A DNA stretch of 53,077 nt, filler included, from Basidiobolus ranarum (Eukaryota): assembly GCA_040143965.1 (NCBI GenBank). It is 3 parts of 3 records of this genome, joined end to end, with 100 filler letters (N's around TTAATTAATTAA, not from the genome) between each part and the next. Parts side by side here need not be neighbours in the genome. Positions count along the whole stretch, not along the records: positions 35,468 to 53,077 come from JASJQH010000299.1; 2 more parts are not named here. One strand, written 5' to 3'. Positions 37,506 through 50,800 of this stretch are shown one piece after another. Position 1 is the stretch's first letter; every line of letters begins with the position of its first letter. Made by a program: the position numbers and the translations under genes. The notes under the pieces were generated by a model that did no database searches, was not told the origin of the DNA, and saw only the letters and a program-made list of their open reading frames with translations.

Positions 37506-37949
37506 TGAAATTGGAGTGTGTTGTCTTTAATATAGCAGAGGGCATTTGCTACAACATCGACATGTGTATTTGATGTATTCCATTCAATTGTGTAACAGAT
37601 TGACAAGATTAGAGATATTGGTAGTAGTAACCGTTCAAATGCCAAACATATATTGATGAGCATATTGAATAGTCAGCCATCGCACTATTGGTGTTTCTCA
37701 AAAGATAGACTGTGACTACGTCATAAATGATTCACAGTCACCATGTATTTGCGTAGCCAATCCGCTTGTCTTGAAAAATACTTCACAAGGTATATCTTTG
37801 TTATATGAAGTCCTTTTCTTGTGCACACAGAAATATCCCGTTAATCAACATACATCCTCGGATAGTAGTAAGGTTAGAGCTATCTGATCTCCATTATGTA
37901 CTGGGCCTCTAGCCCAATGTCTTGCGTATTGATATCTTTATAACAGAAT

Positions 37950-38333
37950 ATGGAAAACGCTAATCAAGCCACAGACTTTGCGTGCGGTTTACGAGGGGTA
38001 AATTATCTCAACTATGACTCCTTGGAAAACCCCCTACAGCGCATGCCCTTCCAAAAACATTTGGAGACAACCCTGGAAAGGGACTTAAAACAAGAGGAGA
38101 GCGAGGCACGCCAAAAGGTAAAGGAGTACATCGATCCAAACGTAGTAGAATACGACGAAATTATAGATAGAGTAGGAAAGTTCCCAGACAGCATTCATGC
38201 GAAGGGAGTTTTAACCTCAGCATCCAATTTTCGTCCGAACGACATTCCACAGAGTTTTGATGAATCATTGCAGAAGGAGTTTGAGGCCGCCCAAAAGCGT
38301 GTTGATCAATTTAGGCAGTTGTCATGTAATTAA
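37950..38333 (+). CDS. Hypothetical charged protein; may have further 5' exon(s)
   Basis: 127-aa ORF with protein-like composition, preceded by an acceptor-like TAACAG (ending 37946) and followed by AATAAA (~38402). No family recognised. Confidence 0.6.
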   Translation: MENANQATDFACGLRGVNYLNYDSLENPLQRMPFQKHLETTLERDLKQEESEARQKVKEYIDPNVVEYDEIIDRVGKFPDSIHAKGVLTSASNFRPNDIPQSFDESLQKEFEAAQKRVDQFRQLSCN

Positions 38334-39221
38334 GAAAACCCCTTCCTGCTTTCATTATCTCAAATTACCCGGACAATTTACCACTATATCCTCTACATAT
38401 AAATAAATCAAAGCTTATTTAATTTTCCAGCTGATTTGCAAATATGCTATCTTCGCCTTCAACTGTGAAAGTTTCAAGCATTGTTCAACATCCTTTCCTT
38501 CAAGTGTCTCGTAGACACCGTGGGATGCAATTCAACTTATAGCTCCCCCATAGCTACTTTACAGCCTGCTTGTATAAATCTATTTTAATAATAGTGATAC
38601 GCTTCTTACTCTCTTCATTTTACTGTGTAGATATTCTCATATGAACATGAGTATTTTAGTATGATGCTTCCAGCATGATAGTGTAGTCTAGATATTTCAT
38701 TTAATATGTAACACCTTGCTCCATTCTACAACGGATTTTTCTCAGATTCCTTATTTGATATATAATCTGGAATAGATGGACGACGAACCGTAAGAATAGT
38801 AAATATATCTTGGTAGTTAAGTGCAAAGCGAAATAGGTGATTATAGATTGCTGGTAACAGTCGGTAATGTATTCCTACATTTCTCGATGATGCAACACTC
38901 GAAGTTAACCAGAAACCATGCAGAAATATAAGATTCTTACAACATCCTCGCCGCATAATAATACTGAAGGTACGTTATTCACTGAGCCAATAAACATTTA
39001 TTCATACATCTTGTTTTATAAAAGTTGGTTTCATGTGTTACGAATTATTACTTGCCATTTCTTGACATTAAAAATTGTTGTCGAACTTGATTCATTAAAG
39101 GCGGTAATAAATTTGGTTGGGATATAATCATAATCATGTACAAATACTAAATACATTGCTGGTAAGTCCAGGCGCGAATAGAATCAACTTCGAGTCCACA
39201 AATTCAAACTATTGAAATTAC

Positions 39222-39930
39222 TTAAAGTTTAAAATTTGTGAATAGTCTGGTATTTTGGAAGACGGGAAGCAACACTTGTTGCTTATCAAATGCTAAGCCT
39301 TCTTTTTCCAATTTCGCACGCTTGGAGTTGATTTTGTTACCAGAACCCCAATCACTATTAAAAAAAATGGTTAATGATATATCCATAATAATGAGAAAAT
39401 AATGCTAGCTTACCCATCAAAACCACCTATAAAGCAACTACTTGAAAGCACACGATGGCATGGAACGGGTAGTGGAGCAAACGGATTATTTCTTAGAGCT
39501 TGTCCAACTGCACGAGGGGATGCCCTTAAAGCATCTGAAATAGCTTTATAGGTTGAAAACCAACCTGGGGGGATCTGAGAGCACAAATCATATACGCGAA
39601 ACTGAAAATCAGTCACTTTTCGATTAGTTTTTAAATTCTGGAAGTTGGAACGTTCTTTCATTGACCGTGGGAATGGTTTGATAGCTAAAACAAACAGTGT
39701 ACATTAGAAATAAATAAACGATTAGGGAAGGCTAAAACGAAATTCTTACTCTCAATGTCACTATCTATTTGTTCCTCTTCTACTCGAAGAACCGCAACAG
39801 GTAAGAGATTTTCATCTTTGCCTAAATCTTTGCCATCAACTCGAAGTACATCTACTTCTACTTTAATATCTACTTTCCCATTCTTACACTTTCGAGTGTA
39901 TGGAGAGATTCGTGGAGTTTTAGTTGGCAT
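39222..39930 (-). CDS. O6-alkylguanine-DNA alkyltransferase (MGMT/Ogt family); exons 39930-39750, 39684-39414, 39354-39222
   Basis: VTDFQFRVY...IPPG..STY...SPRAVGQALRNNP...VPCHRV (active-site Cys)...IGGF. Two GT-AG introns splice in frame, giving the C-terminal KRAKLEKEG motif and a stop at 39222-39224. Confidence 0.92.
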
Positions 39931-42900
39931 ATTTAGTGTTAAGCTTATTAGTGAGGAGAGTTAAGAAGAGCAGGGCTAGATTAACTATTACTACATATAT
40001 TATTTATCTCATTGGCAGCAGTCACTGGGTACATGGTTCAGTTCAAAAGTTGAACTGCGCCGCTTTTGGTGGGATTTTCCTGGGTTCTAGGTGGTCAGAA
40101 TTGATTTAACAAGTTTGAAAATATGTATCGAAGTCGACGAAATTCCACTCATCAGGCCAATCCTTCATTTGTGAAACTAAAATCTTGTTTCACATATCAA
40201 ACAGGCAACTTGACTAACCCCAACTACGGAATACAGAAATTAGATTTTTTAATATAGATAAGCCAATTTAATTACATAAATACTACAACTGCGCGAGATA
40301 TCGGGAATCCTTTATGTAGACGCCCAAGCGTACTCAAAGACGTGTAAAAATACTAGAGTCCCATATCAGTTGAAGATGGGCTCACAACAGATTAAAATAA
40401 AACCCGGGCCGTATAAGCTTTCCAAAGTGTCAGGGTTGGTTCCTATAATTGCCCAACAATGTTCATGTATTTAGAACTTCCATGCACCCTGTGATAGCAG
40501 GCAACACCTGGATATTCGATTAGTTGAAGTTAGCTATTGAGAGCAACCATGCCAGGTAGTTGGGTAGTACAAAATATACGTGAATGCACGAAGCTATGTA
40601 CATAGAGTTATCCATTCTCGTCAAATCCATCCACTCGCTGAGGCAGATCTGACATCATGTAACATATAGATAAATGGCGTATTATTGTTGTTATTCCTGG
40701 TATTGCAAGTCTCCAGGGATTCTTTACAGTAGGTAGAAAGCAGAATACTCGAATAGCCTATCTATCGCATATCAACCAGGATAGTGGAATTTGCAGTCGC
40801 ACCAAAAGTATTCATTTATTAGATCTAAAACCTATCATCAACCTCGCTCTTGGGAGATGATTGTTCAGCCCTTCATATCTCCACGGTATAGCTCACATGG
40901 GATAACTTAGGATTTGGAGGTATACAATATCGTGATGAGATGTCATTGGAACAATCTCACTGTCTCATAAATCAGATGATTTCTTGTCCAATTCAAGTAA
41001 ACAACTTCAAACGAAAGGAATGCATAATAGCTAATGGGTAAATATAACTGACGAGGAACTAATTGCAAGTGATAGCTGATGTATCCTTGCGCTCACTTGA
41101 CAGCCGTACATGACATTACCGGTTAGAACTCTAGCGGTACATTGCTCGTTTGTTCGGCTGAGAATTAAGCCGTCTATTCAGCGGGATACATCGCAGTAGG
41201 ATCGTTATAGATATGAGGTAAATATATGAATGGGCTGTTCACGCTATCATGACATTATGCACCGAATTTTGCACTGCAGTTAACAAAAAAAACTCCAACT
41301 TGTTAACCTTTCTACCAGCATGACCAACATTGATTCGCTTGGTCCCGATGTATTCAACACCTTTTGTCAATCACATGAAGTATCAGCGGTAATTGAAAGT
41401 GGGGTTGATACAAGAAAACATCGTTACTTTGTGGTTTTTCTAACCATTCTAATTCTTCAGTTTGCACACGTTTCTCTTCCAATTCACCAAAACAATGCGG
41501 CATATTATAAAAGTAGATATGGCTTAAGTTAGTGAGTCAAATTAAATATTTACAGACGGGTCCCATTAATTTACTACGTTTTGAGTCAGGGCTTGGTCGA
41601 ACTCTATATCGAATCAAGGTCATTCTAATCAATTCAGCATCAACTAAATTCATCGAAATATCTCTTTCTGCAAGCAAAAAAAGTGCATTCCCCCTGTATT
41701 GATACTCAAATCCCAAAATGATTTAGGGATCAGAGATATCCCCCTAGGTAAATCCGGACTTTGGAGAGATGGATTCTCATCAAAAATGCTTTCGATCTCC
41801 AGCATGGAGTTGCCAATACTGGATTGATATCGTACCGGCAGAGAAAAATAGAAACATGAACATTATGTGTGGTGATGTAGCGTTTCGGGCTCGAAACCTA
41901 GGTGTACATTTTGGTCGGTCAAAGCTTCTTTTGTCTCGAACTACCTACTATTCAGTGGTGAATTCCTCGTGCTGATTTGAAACGGGATACTTGTTATCAG
42001 GATCTGCAAGCTTCTTGGTGCCTCAGATACTGGCACCAGAAGCCACTTTAAGAGTTTTCAGTAGCTGGAGCCAATTGAATTCTATTGATCATTGTATGTG
42101 TTTTATCAACCTACTGTATTTCTATAAATCCGATCGTTGGTATATTTGCAGTCACAATTTATTTACTCATGATCCAATCTAGGAAAAGCAAATCAATGCA
42201 CTGTAGGATTGAATATCCATATGGCTATATGGGTCATAGTAAGAGCTGTTCACAGGTTGAATGGGAGGAGATGGAATGCAGACAATAATCTTTCGTGTTC
42301 CAAATATCCTGTATTAAGGAGATAATGAATGTATGAAAGGATTTTCTCGCATGCAAAACTTGTACTTGACGAATCGATGGGATAGTATTCAAAAGAATCT
42401 GCAAAGTAACGCCAGTATGTGTTTCTAAATCCTCCACATCAAACCTTGTGTAAGCCTCAAGCACCAAGAGTCAGATTCTCTCTGCAAAGTAATTAAGGAG
42501 AGTCATGGATTGTTTCTTCGCTGTCAATATATAATAGAAAAAAGATGGATCGTGTGGTTAAGCTATCTTCACGTGCCTGAATGGTGATGAATTCAAATGT
42601 AGAGAGAAGGTGATCATTGAAAACGCGTGATAAAATTAAATGTCAGCGAACCATTGTGCATAAACCATGCCTACCATCAGTCCGAATCGTACACTGCGAT
42701 CTCCAAAATGTGATCATGTGTTTGTTTGAGATGAACTAGCAGACTAAATGTTATACGATTAGCTCAGCTACTAAATACAACTAGCAACTTGAGAGGAATC
42801 TTCTTCATGGCTTGCTGCAATCATAATTTCAAAAATATTCTATCGGTACATAACCCATAGAGGTCATAAAAGGTTAGAATCATTTACCACTTCGTAATAT

Positions 42901-43196
42901 ATATTGTAGTTTGTTTATTCTGAGCCAATCACTGGAGTGCAATCACACATCCCTTAGTTGAATTACTGACTTATTACGTGAAGGTCAACTATTTAAAACA
43001 CTCTCGGTGCTGCCTTGATTTGAACCAGTCTACCTGTCTTCAATCTATTTTTTACAATCCCCTTCAGCTCAGCTCAGTACTACTCTTTCTTGTATTTAGG
43101 CAGATTCCTCACCTTAGTTTTGTATCGAAATTTTGTCAGGGCTTTCACCTTTTTGTCTGACTTTAGCACCCTGGAATTGACAAATATTAGATAGTC

Positions 43197-45164
43197 ATGC
43201 ACATCTACCTTGTTCTACCCATTTTGTTTTCTCTTTCTTCGAGTGTTATCACGGAACGTACTCATGCACCTACATTTGGTCCAGAAATTAACACAAGAGC
43301 CTATCTTATTTCTTCTCAATCAACATTCAGCCCTTCTTCTTCGGAAGATCCAAAAGATATCGGTCAGAAATTTATACAAGAAACTCTCAAACTAACAGAA
43401 AGCGACTACATCCTAAAGAACATTTATACATCGGAACACAATGGAGTAACCCACATGTACTTTCGACAAGTGGTAAATAGTCTTGAAGTTGTAAACGGTG
43501 ATATGAATATCAATATCGACAAAAGTGGACGTGTAGTGTCCTACGGCGATTCTTTCTTCAAAGGCCCAAAGCCTATACTATCTAAACTCAGCAATGCTCT
43601 AGGAAGACTTCAAGAGGGCTTTTCTCGCCCTGCGGGACAATTTGTTTTCAGCAAGATGTTACCCTTCACGATGAACCCACAACCCAAGATACCTCCAAAC
43701 GAAGCTTTAATCGCTCTAGCAGAATATCTTCAGATCCACATTGATGATATATCCGTGCTAAATGTAGAGAAATTATCCGAGAATCCTATGGATAGCTCAC
43801 ATGTCATTCAAGGTGTCTCATTTACTGTAAATCATGAGGTTCCTGCTTCATTAGCTTACATCCAATCGTCTAATGAGGATTTGCATCTTGTCTGGGACCT
43901 CCAAGCCGAAATGAATAACAATTGGTATCACGCTCATGTATCTGCTGAAGATGCAAAAGTTATGTCGCTTATCGACTGGGTTGCAGATGCCCACTATAAT
44001 GTCTATCCCCTGGGAATCAATGACCCTGAAGAAGGTGGTCGACGCTTGGTATCTAATCCCGAGGATAAAAGGGCCAGTCCACTGGGATGGCATTCACTTG
44101 GAAGACGGAACTTCTCCACTACTATCGGTAATAATGTTGCTGCCCATGAGAACATCGAAGGCGGCTATGAATGGGAGAGTAATTACCGGCCTCATGGTGG
44201 TGAACATTTGCTTTTCGACTTTACACTTGACCTGCATCGTAGCCCGAAAACTTACCTTGATTCCTCAATCACCAACTTGTTTTATTGGAACAACATCATG
44301 CATGATCTTAGTTATCAATATGGCTTTACTGAAGCCGCTGGGAACTTCCAAGATAACAATTTTGGACGTGGTGGTGAGTCGGGTGATGCTGTGATCGCGA
44401 ATGCTCAAGATGGAAGTGGATATAACAATGCAAATTTTGCTACTCCTCCTGATGGTATGAAAGGTAAAATGAGAATGTACGTTTGGAATGGGATAAAGCC
44501 ACATCGTGATGGGGATCTAGAAAGCGGGATTATGATTCATGAGTATACTCATGGCATATCTACCCGCCTTACAGGAGGACCTGCTAATAGTGGATGTTTA
44601 GGATGGGGTGAAGCTGGTGGAATGGGCGAAGGGTGGGGTGACTTCTTTGCTACGATCTTTCGTATGCGTCCTGATGATGATCGTAGACTTGACCTTGGTA
44701 TGGGAGAATACGCCAATGGTGGGAAAAATATTAGGTATTATAAGTACTCCACCAATAATACCACCAATCCGGAAACATATTCTATCATGGATAAAGCAAA
44801 TTATTCTGGTGTTCATGCTAAAGGCGGTGTATGGGCGGAGATGCTCTACGAAATGTACTGGAATCTGGTTGATAAACATGGCTTCACATCGGATTGGTAC
44901 TCAGCATCTTTGAGACATGGTAACACGCTAGCATTGCAATTGGTTCTCGATGGAATGAAGCTTCAACCTTGTAAACCAAAATTCGTTGATGGACGAGATG
45001 CGATCATCCATGCGGATGATTTATTAACCGGTGGCAAAAACTATTGCGAGATTTGGAAAGCATTTGCTAAACGAGGATTAGGTTTGGACGCTAAGTTGGT
45101 AGGTGGCACTCCCTGGGGTGGAGGTGTTCGTCAAGAAAGCTTCCTGATGCCTCATGAATGCTAG
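43197..45164 (+). CDS. Fungalysin (M36) extracellular zinc metalloprotease, intronless
   Basis: Signal peptide, FTP propeptide (NGVTHMYFRQ...VVNGDMNINID), YNVYP, GFTEAAGNFQ, NNANFATPPDG, HEYTH zinc motif, MGEGWGD, DGMKLQPC and IWKAFAKRGLG. Confidence 0.97.
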   Translation: MHIYLVLPILFSLSSSVITERTHAPTFGPEINTRAYLISSQSTFSPSSSEDPKDIGQKFIQETLKLTESDYILKNIYTSEHNGVTHMYFRQVVNSLEVVNGDMNINIDKSGRVVSYGDSFFKGPKPILSKLSNALGRLQEGFSRPAGQFVFSKMLPFTMNPQPKIPPNEALIALAEYLQIHIDDISVLNVEKLSENPMDSSHVIQGVSFTVNHEVPASLAYIQSSNEDLHLVWDLQAEMNNNWYHAHVSAEDAKVMSLIDWVADAHYNVYPLGINDPEEGGRRLVSNPEDKRASPLGWHSLGRRNFSTTIGNNVAAHENIEGGYEWESNYRPHGGEHLLFDFTLDLHRSPKTYLDSSITNLFYWNNIMHDLSYQYGFTEAAGNFQDNNFGRGGESGDAVIANAQDGSGYNNANFATPPDGMKGKMRMYVWNGIKPHRDGDLESGIMIHEYTHGISTRLTGGPANSGCLGWGEAGGMGEGWGDFFATIFRMRPDDDRRLDLGMGEYANGGKNIRYYKYSTNNTTNPETYSIMDKANYSGVHAKGGVWAEMLYEMYWNLVDKHGFTSDWYSASLRHGNTLALQLVLDGMKLQPCKPKFVDGRDAIIHADDLLTGGKNYCEIWKAFAKRGLGLDAKLVGGTPWGGGVRQESFLMPHEC

Positions 45165-45901
45165 TATTTATAAGATACGATCGTTCAACGCACTAAGCTT
45201 ACGAGCCATTAGCGAATTCAAAGTTTTAACTCATAGCTTCCCTGTAATGCATAGAATCCCCTTCAATATTTATTGCACGTAAACAACTTTGCTGCATTCA
45301 TACTCGCCCATTACAGTACAATTAGCCTATCTAGAATGTCTATGTTATCCTCCAACAATTTCTTTATGATTGCTGCTTCCCTACGATGATTTTTAACCAC
45401 ATTTGCATTATTATATCAATAAATAGTAGCTCAAGTAAAATGGCATATTCCCATTTAAATGGAAATAAGAAAAATGATTCACGAAGCTTCTCAAAGAAAA
45501 GGAAATCAAGCAAATAGCAATTTTCTCTGAAAAACGGAATCTGAAAATAACTCCAGCTTGGTTATCTAGTTCAGTAGTAACGAATACAAGAGCCTGCTGT
45601 TTTGTACTTTATAACCAGTCAAGTTTAAAAGTTCCATACTGTAAGGATATTCGGATACTAAGATATTCTTATTTATGGGTATGGTCATAAAGCATTAATT
45701 ATCGCTCATTTTATTGTAGAATTTTCGGTCTATTTCGAATCTTTCAAATTAAAAAATTATCCATCCTTCCCTTCGAGGTATTTGTCAGATCATCACCATA
45801 TTGATTAGTCATAAGAATATTGACCATATAATAGGTTACCCCGCAAATATTTTCGTCATATACTCCTCGGTCTTCCTACACTCTTACCGTAGCTTATAGA
45901 A

Positions 45902-46414
45902 ATGTCACACCATCCTGCTACTACTCTTGCTGGCCTCTGTGAGTTTTCTGTAGAATTCTCTGTAGGTATTGAATTTCACCCAGTTCTTATGCCTTGTATT
46001 ATTTTCCAGGTGCCGTTGGCGGAATCATGGGCTACGTGAAGGGTCGTTCAATGCCTTCTTTAATTGCCGGTTTAAGCTTTGGTACTTTATATGGAGCTTC
46101 AGCGTAGGTTAAGATACTCATCATCGTAGGTCTATTCTTGTACTCAAACCTATTATCGTAGTTACTTACTTAAGGAAAACCGCGATTATGGCCAAGAGCT
46201 TGCTGCAGGTAGGTCAATTGCGTAGTTGTTGAAACTTACGTAACTGTTGATTAAAATTTCTTTATTTTTAGCGACCTCTATACTTCTTACTGGAGCCATG
46301 ATCCCCCGTGCTGTAAGTACTCGTAAGCCCATTCCTTTGGCTCTTGGGGCTATCGGTCTATTAGGAGCTGGCTATTATTCTAAAAAATGCTATGAATCTC
46401 GCTATGGTGTATAA
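45902..46414 (+). CDS. TMEM14 family small membrane protein; exons 45902-45938, 46010-46103, 46162-46208, 46272-46414
   Basis: Three GT-AG introns splice to MSHHPATTLAGLCAVGGIMGYVKGRSMPSLIAGLSFGTLYGASAYLLKENRDYGQELAAATSILLTGAMIPRAVSTRKPIPLALGAIGLLGAGYYSKKCYESRYGV. GGIMGY...S.PSLIAG is the TMEM14 signature. AATAAA at ~46448. Confidence 0.92.
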
Positions 46415-47891
46415 ATGCCTTTTTTCTCGCATTGCTTGCTAGTATATCAATAAAACTAAGCCATAATAGAAAGACTTTTTTCTATTACAAGTCCAAATAC
46501 GTACTACTAATGCTCATTTATATTGGAGATCTTTAATACTATAGAAAGCATCTAGGAAAACCTTTTGTTTAACGTTCGAATATAAGTTAATATCCATCAA
46601 TGGCGCTGTATAGTCATTGCACGCTTTGGTCGTAGATCCGAAAACCATTGGTTGTTAAAGTTCATGTCAGAAAGTGCATTTTATTATCAATCTAGCCGCA
46701 CGAACCGAAAATAGCAGGGATCATGGTCATTATGTAAAGTAGTACTTTGGCATATATCGTGCTGTGTAAATGGCAGCCTGAGTATTCACTCTTCGCTTCA
46801 CCATGGGCATGACTTATAAAATGCTAGCAAATCACTAGCAGGTCTGAACTATATATCCGATACGCTAAGCAAAACCGATCGAAATTTTTATTCGAGTCAA
46901 GGAGATTCCGTCGATCATTGAATTAGTTGTATCTGTATGAGCTATGCACATATAGCTTAAAATTTTGGATATTAATTTCTATAAATATAAGAATATTTGT
47001 TAAGCTGGTAAATTTTACTAACACCTTTGACAGCCATACACCATAATAGAAGGACAAGACTCAGTATGCTACGGTTCCTTTGATTCGACTAGTTTATAAT
47101 ACCATAGAGATTTATATATAAACACCTGACATAGTAAACACAACAGGGCCTCATTACTGATCTTGTCACGTCAAATAAGCTAATCATGGAGTTACGTATT
47201 ATCAAGCGTGCTTACATGAATTACACCACTGAATTTTCTTCAAATACCGTGGGGCCTGCAAGTAAAAGAACAGAACGAGAGTCGCCTATATCTCACAGCA
47301 ATCAGACAAAACGGCACTCTCCTGATGCACCAAAACAATGATTCAATCAGGTTTTGAGCAATATGAATCTGATAAAACAGCTCTTGAATCGAGATTGAGG
47401 CACAGATTTGTAGTACAGCCAACCAGCGCTTACCAAAAGTTAATATATTCGGGCCAAGTCTGTTCGTGAGGCTAGTGCCTCATATCGCCCCTTTCCCATA
47501 AGCCAATAAGATCTATTCGTTTTCCATATACGTTAGAATACTTCAGATTTGCTACTTGTCGCTAGAAGTATCGAATACACTATGGGATGTGGGATGACCA
47601 AATGATGAACAAGAAAGTAAGGATGCAGGCTTGCTTCATCTTGACCTTGTTCTATCCCTTTGTCCCCCTAATCTTCACCCTGCATTGTAGCCTATATTCT
47701 AACACTGCATACTTGTAAAAAACTATATAATGCTCATATCTGTCAGTAACTTGGGTTTTCTTGCCTAGCTTAGAATTCAATTGTTTGGACCCAGATACCT
47801 TCAGTCGATATCAACAAATCAAATATCAAAATTCGCAACAAAGCAATAGAACCATATTGAGCCGGTTTTGAGAACACGGAACCGGATTTTT

Positions 47892-50800
47892 ATGACTACT
47901 TTAGGAACCGCAACTAACTATTCCCCCACTCTGGTTGGTGTTGCAACCCAACTTGGATTGGCCTCAGCAATCACGTTTAGCGGCTTTTTGGCATTCGAGA
48001 TAAATCGACGGTGGCAGCTTACTCAACATTTATACCAGTCACGTTGTTATTTAGAAAAGTTCGTAAAATAGATAGATTTTTGCACTCTAGGCGCAGCTAA
48101 GATACTAATATTCTAAAACTCCTCTCAGAAATGCAACTCCTATGCCGCCCTCACGCCCTTTAGCCTGGGTTTGGACTTCGTTAACTCTAACGGAGAATTT
48201 TTACTTAAACAATGTTGGATTAGATGCCGTCATGTATATCCGGTTTCTTAATATGGCTTTCCAGCTTCTGCTGTTTACAGTATTAACTGTAGGAGCTATT
48301 TTGATGCCACTTAACTTTTTTGCTCAGCAAGCAATATTGGTAGATGTAGAAAAGATGTCTATAGGCAACATTCCCGATGGATCCAACATGCTTTGGGTTC
48401 ATTGGCTCCTAACTTACTTTTTTTCGATTTCTACACTCTACCTGCTATTTAAAAATACTCGAGACTATATAGAGATGAGGACTGTGTATCTTCAAAACCA
48501 AGCTCGTAAAGGTTGTATTCATGCGCGTACTGTCATAGTTACTCATATACCCGATACCATGAAGCACGAAGAACGTTTGCGTTCATTCTATGCTAGCCTG
48601 GGAATAGGTGAAGTAGATTCTGTAACTTTGGTTCGCCAAACTGGGAAGATCTCACGCAAAATTCAACGCCGAGAGAAAATGCTCAGAGAACTGGAACACG
48701 CGCATATCAAGCTGGGTCGCCGGATGTTGAAGTTAATAAAACAAAAAGGAATATATGCGTTAGACTCTGAGTCAAAGGATACTACTCAACGCCTAGACAT
48801 ATCTAACTCATTACAGCGCCTTGCGATATTCCTCGAGCATCAAAAGATGCAGGATCCAGTGTTACCCGTGAGTTCTGATTCACTTGAAACACTATGGAAT
48901 ATTCTGGCCGGACTCAGTCGACAGCAGTGTGACAAATTCCAAGAAATTCACAAAACGGGAATTCTTGGCACCGGGCAAAAGGTAGTGTCTATTGATTACT
49001 ATCTTCGAAAATTCAATAGTTTAGATCGACGCATTGCCGAGCTTCGTCACGTCACCGAAAATGCACATTATTACAAGCCTACTGGCACTGCATTCATCAC
49101 CTTCAAGACCCAATCATCGGCTCAGTTGTGTTCACAATCTATCGCACACTCTGATTCACAATTGTGCCATATAGAACTAGCACCAGAGCCACGAGATGTA
49201 CTGTGGGCAAATCATACGGTTAGTCCAAATGGGAAGTGGATAAGACGAGTAATAGTCAACTTGAGTCTATGGTAAGCTCATTGATATTCAAACGTAATGT
49301 AGTCGTAGAGATTAAAACCTGTTTATTTTTTATACACAATGCGCAGGGCACTTACGATTCTGTGGCTCTTTCCCTCCACTTACTTTGTAAGTTTTGCTTC
49401 GTACGACAAATTGTCTGAACGATGGCCATTTTTAGTTATCATCGGAACTGCTAACCCTTGGCTGAAATCAGTTGTTCAGAATGTGCTTCCATCAATATTG
49501 ATTTCATTGTTTATGGTGGCAATGCCTAATATCTTTTTAGGTATAGTAACAATACTTAAGTACTTGTTGTTCAGTAAAATTACCACTCCAGATATTGAAT
49601 TTTCTCTCTATAGGGATATCCACGTGGGAGTGCTTCTCTTCCTACTCTGCACTAGAAAGTGCCGTTGTAAATCGATACTATCGCTTTGCAATTTTTAATG
49701 TCCTATTTGTTTTCCTTCTGGGATTCGCTTTCATAGAAGTGATTCTGGAAGTGATTCAAACACCCACTAGCATCACAAGTGTTTTGGCGAAAAACTTACC
49801 ACAGGTATAATACCTCTTTGATAGCTGGCATTTTCCTGGCAGTGAAAGGATACCAACAACTGATTAGCCTTGTGTTGAAATAATAGGGTGCCGCATTTTT
49901 CATCAATTATGTAGTTCTTCAGACAGCGTCTCATGGACTTGAAATTGCTCAGATTGGAGGCTCATTATTCCACTCTTTACTTTTTGCTAATCGCTGGTAT
50001 GCCCGCACCCCTCGAGATCTCCAGAGTGCACGTAGACCTTGGGCGTTTCCGTTTTACTACTATTTCCCTACACATATATTGGTGCTTGTTATTTGCATCA
50101 CGTACTCTATGATCAATCCCTTGATCTTATTGTGCGGTGTTATGTACTTTGGCATTGGGCTCATTGTCTACAAATACCAATTTGCCTTTGTATATGTGAA
50201 GCGGTACGAATATAACGGAAAATACTGGAGATATGTATTCCGCTATGTGAGCGATGGACTGCTAATCTTCCAACTATCTATGATTGGAGTTTTGGCCCTG
50301 AAACAAGCATTTTCTCCAAGTATAGGGTTGGTACCACTTCTTGGTGGTACAGTTGCGTTCAAAGTAATTTGCAGAAGTAAATTTCGTGATCGAATGAAGT
50401 ATATACCTTTAGAACGCTTGTATGAAAGGGAGACCGAAACGGAGGCTAAAGAGACTGAAACAAATATTGAAATTTCAGTTAATGATGGTCAACTTTTCTC
50501 CAATATGAACCATGGTGAAAATACCACCAATTTCTCGACATCTCCCTTGGAAAAATCGCATTCAAGTGGACAAACCCATGACAGTCTAGCAAGTCGAGGG
50601 CCTAGTTTGGATCGGAACCAATCCTCAATCAATACTCAATCGGATTTTTTCGGAACAAATCCCTCACCACTTCCTAATACGAGTTACAGATCGAATTGCA
50701 GCAACGCTCCAAATCTGAATATCAATTCATCTCCATCGCCAGAACGGTATTTGAACTCATCTGGCAGCATCAATTCACTCTGGTTGAAAAAGAGCCAATC

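Noticed and set aside
33681..39930. SMC6 plus alkyltransferase as a DNA-repair cluster
   Set aside because: They are separated by an artificial spacer and two unrelated genes, so linkage is not established.
40000..43100. 3-kb gene-free stretch with short ORFs upstream of the fungalysin
   Set aside because: No motif, splice-consistent gene model or repeat structure that I can support; treated as intergenic.
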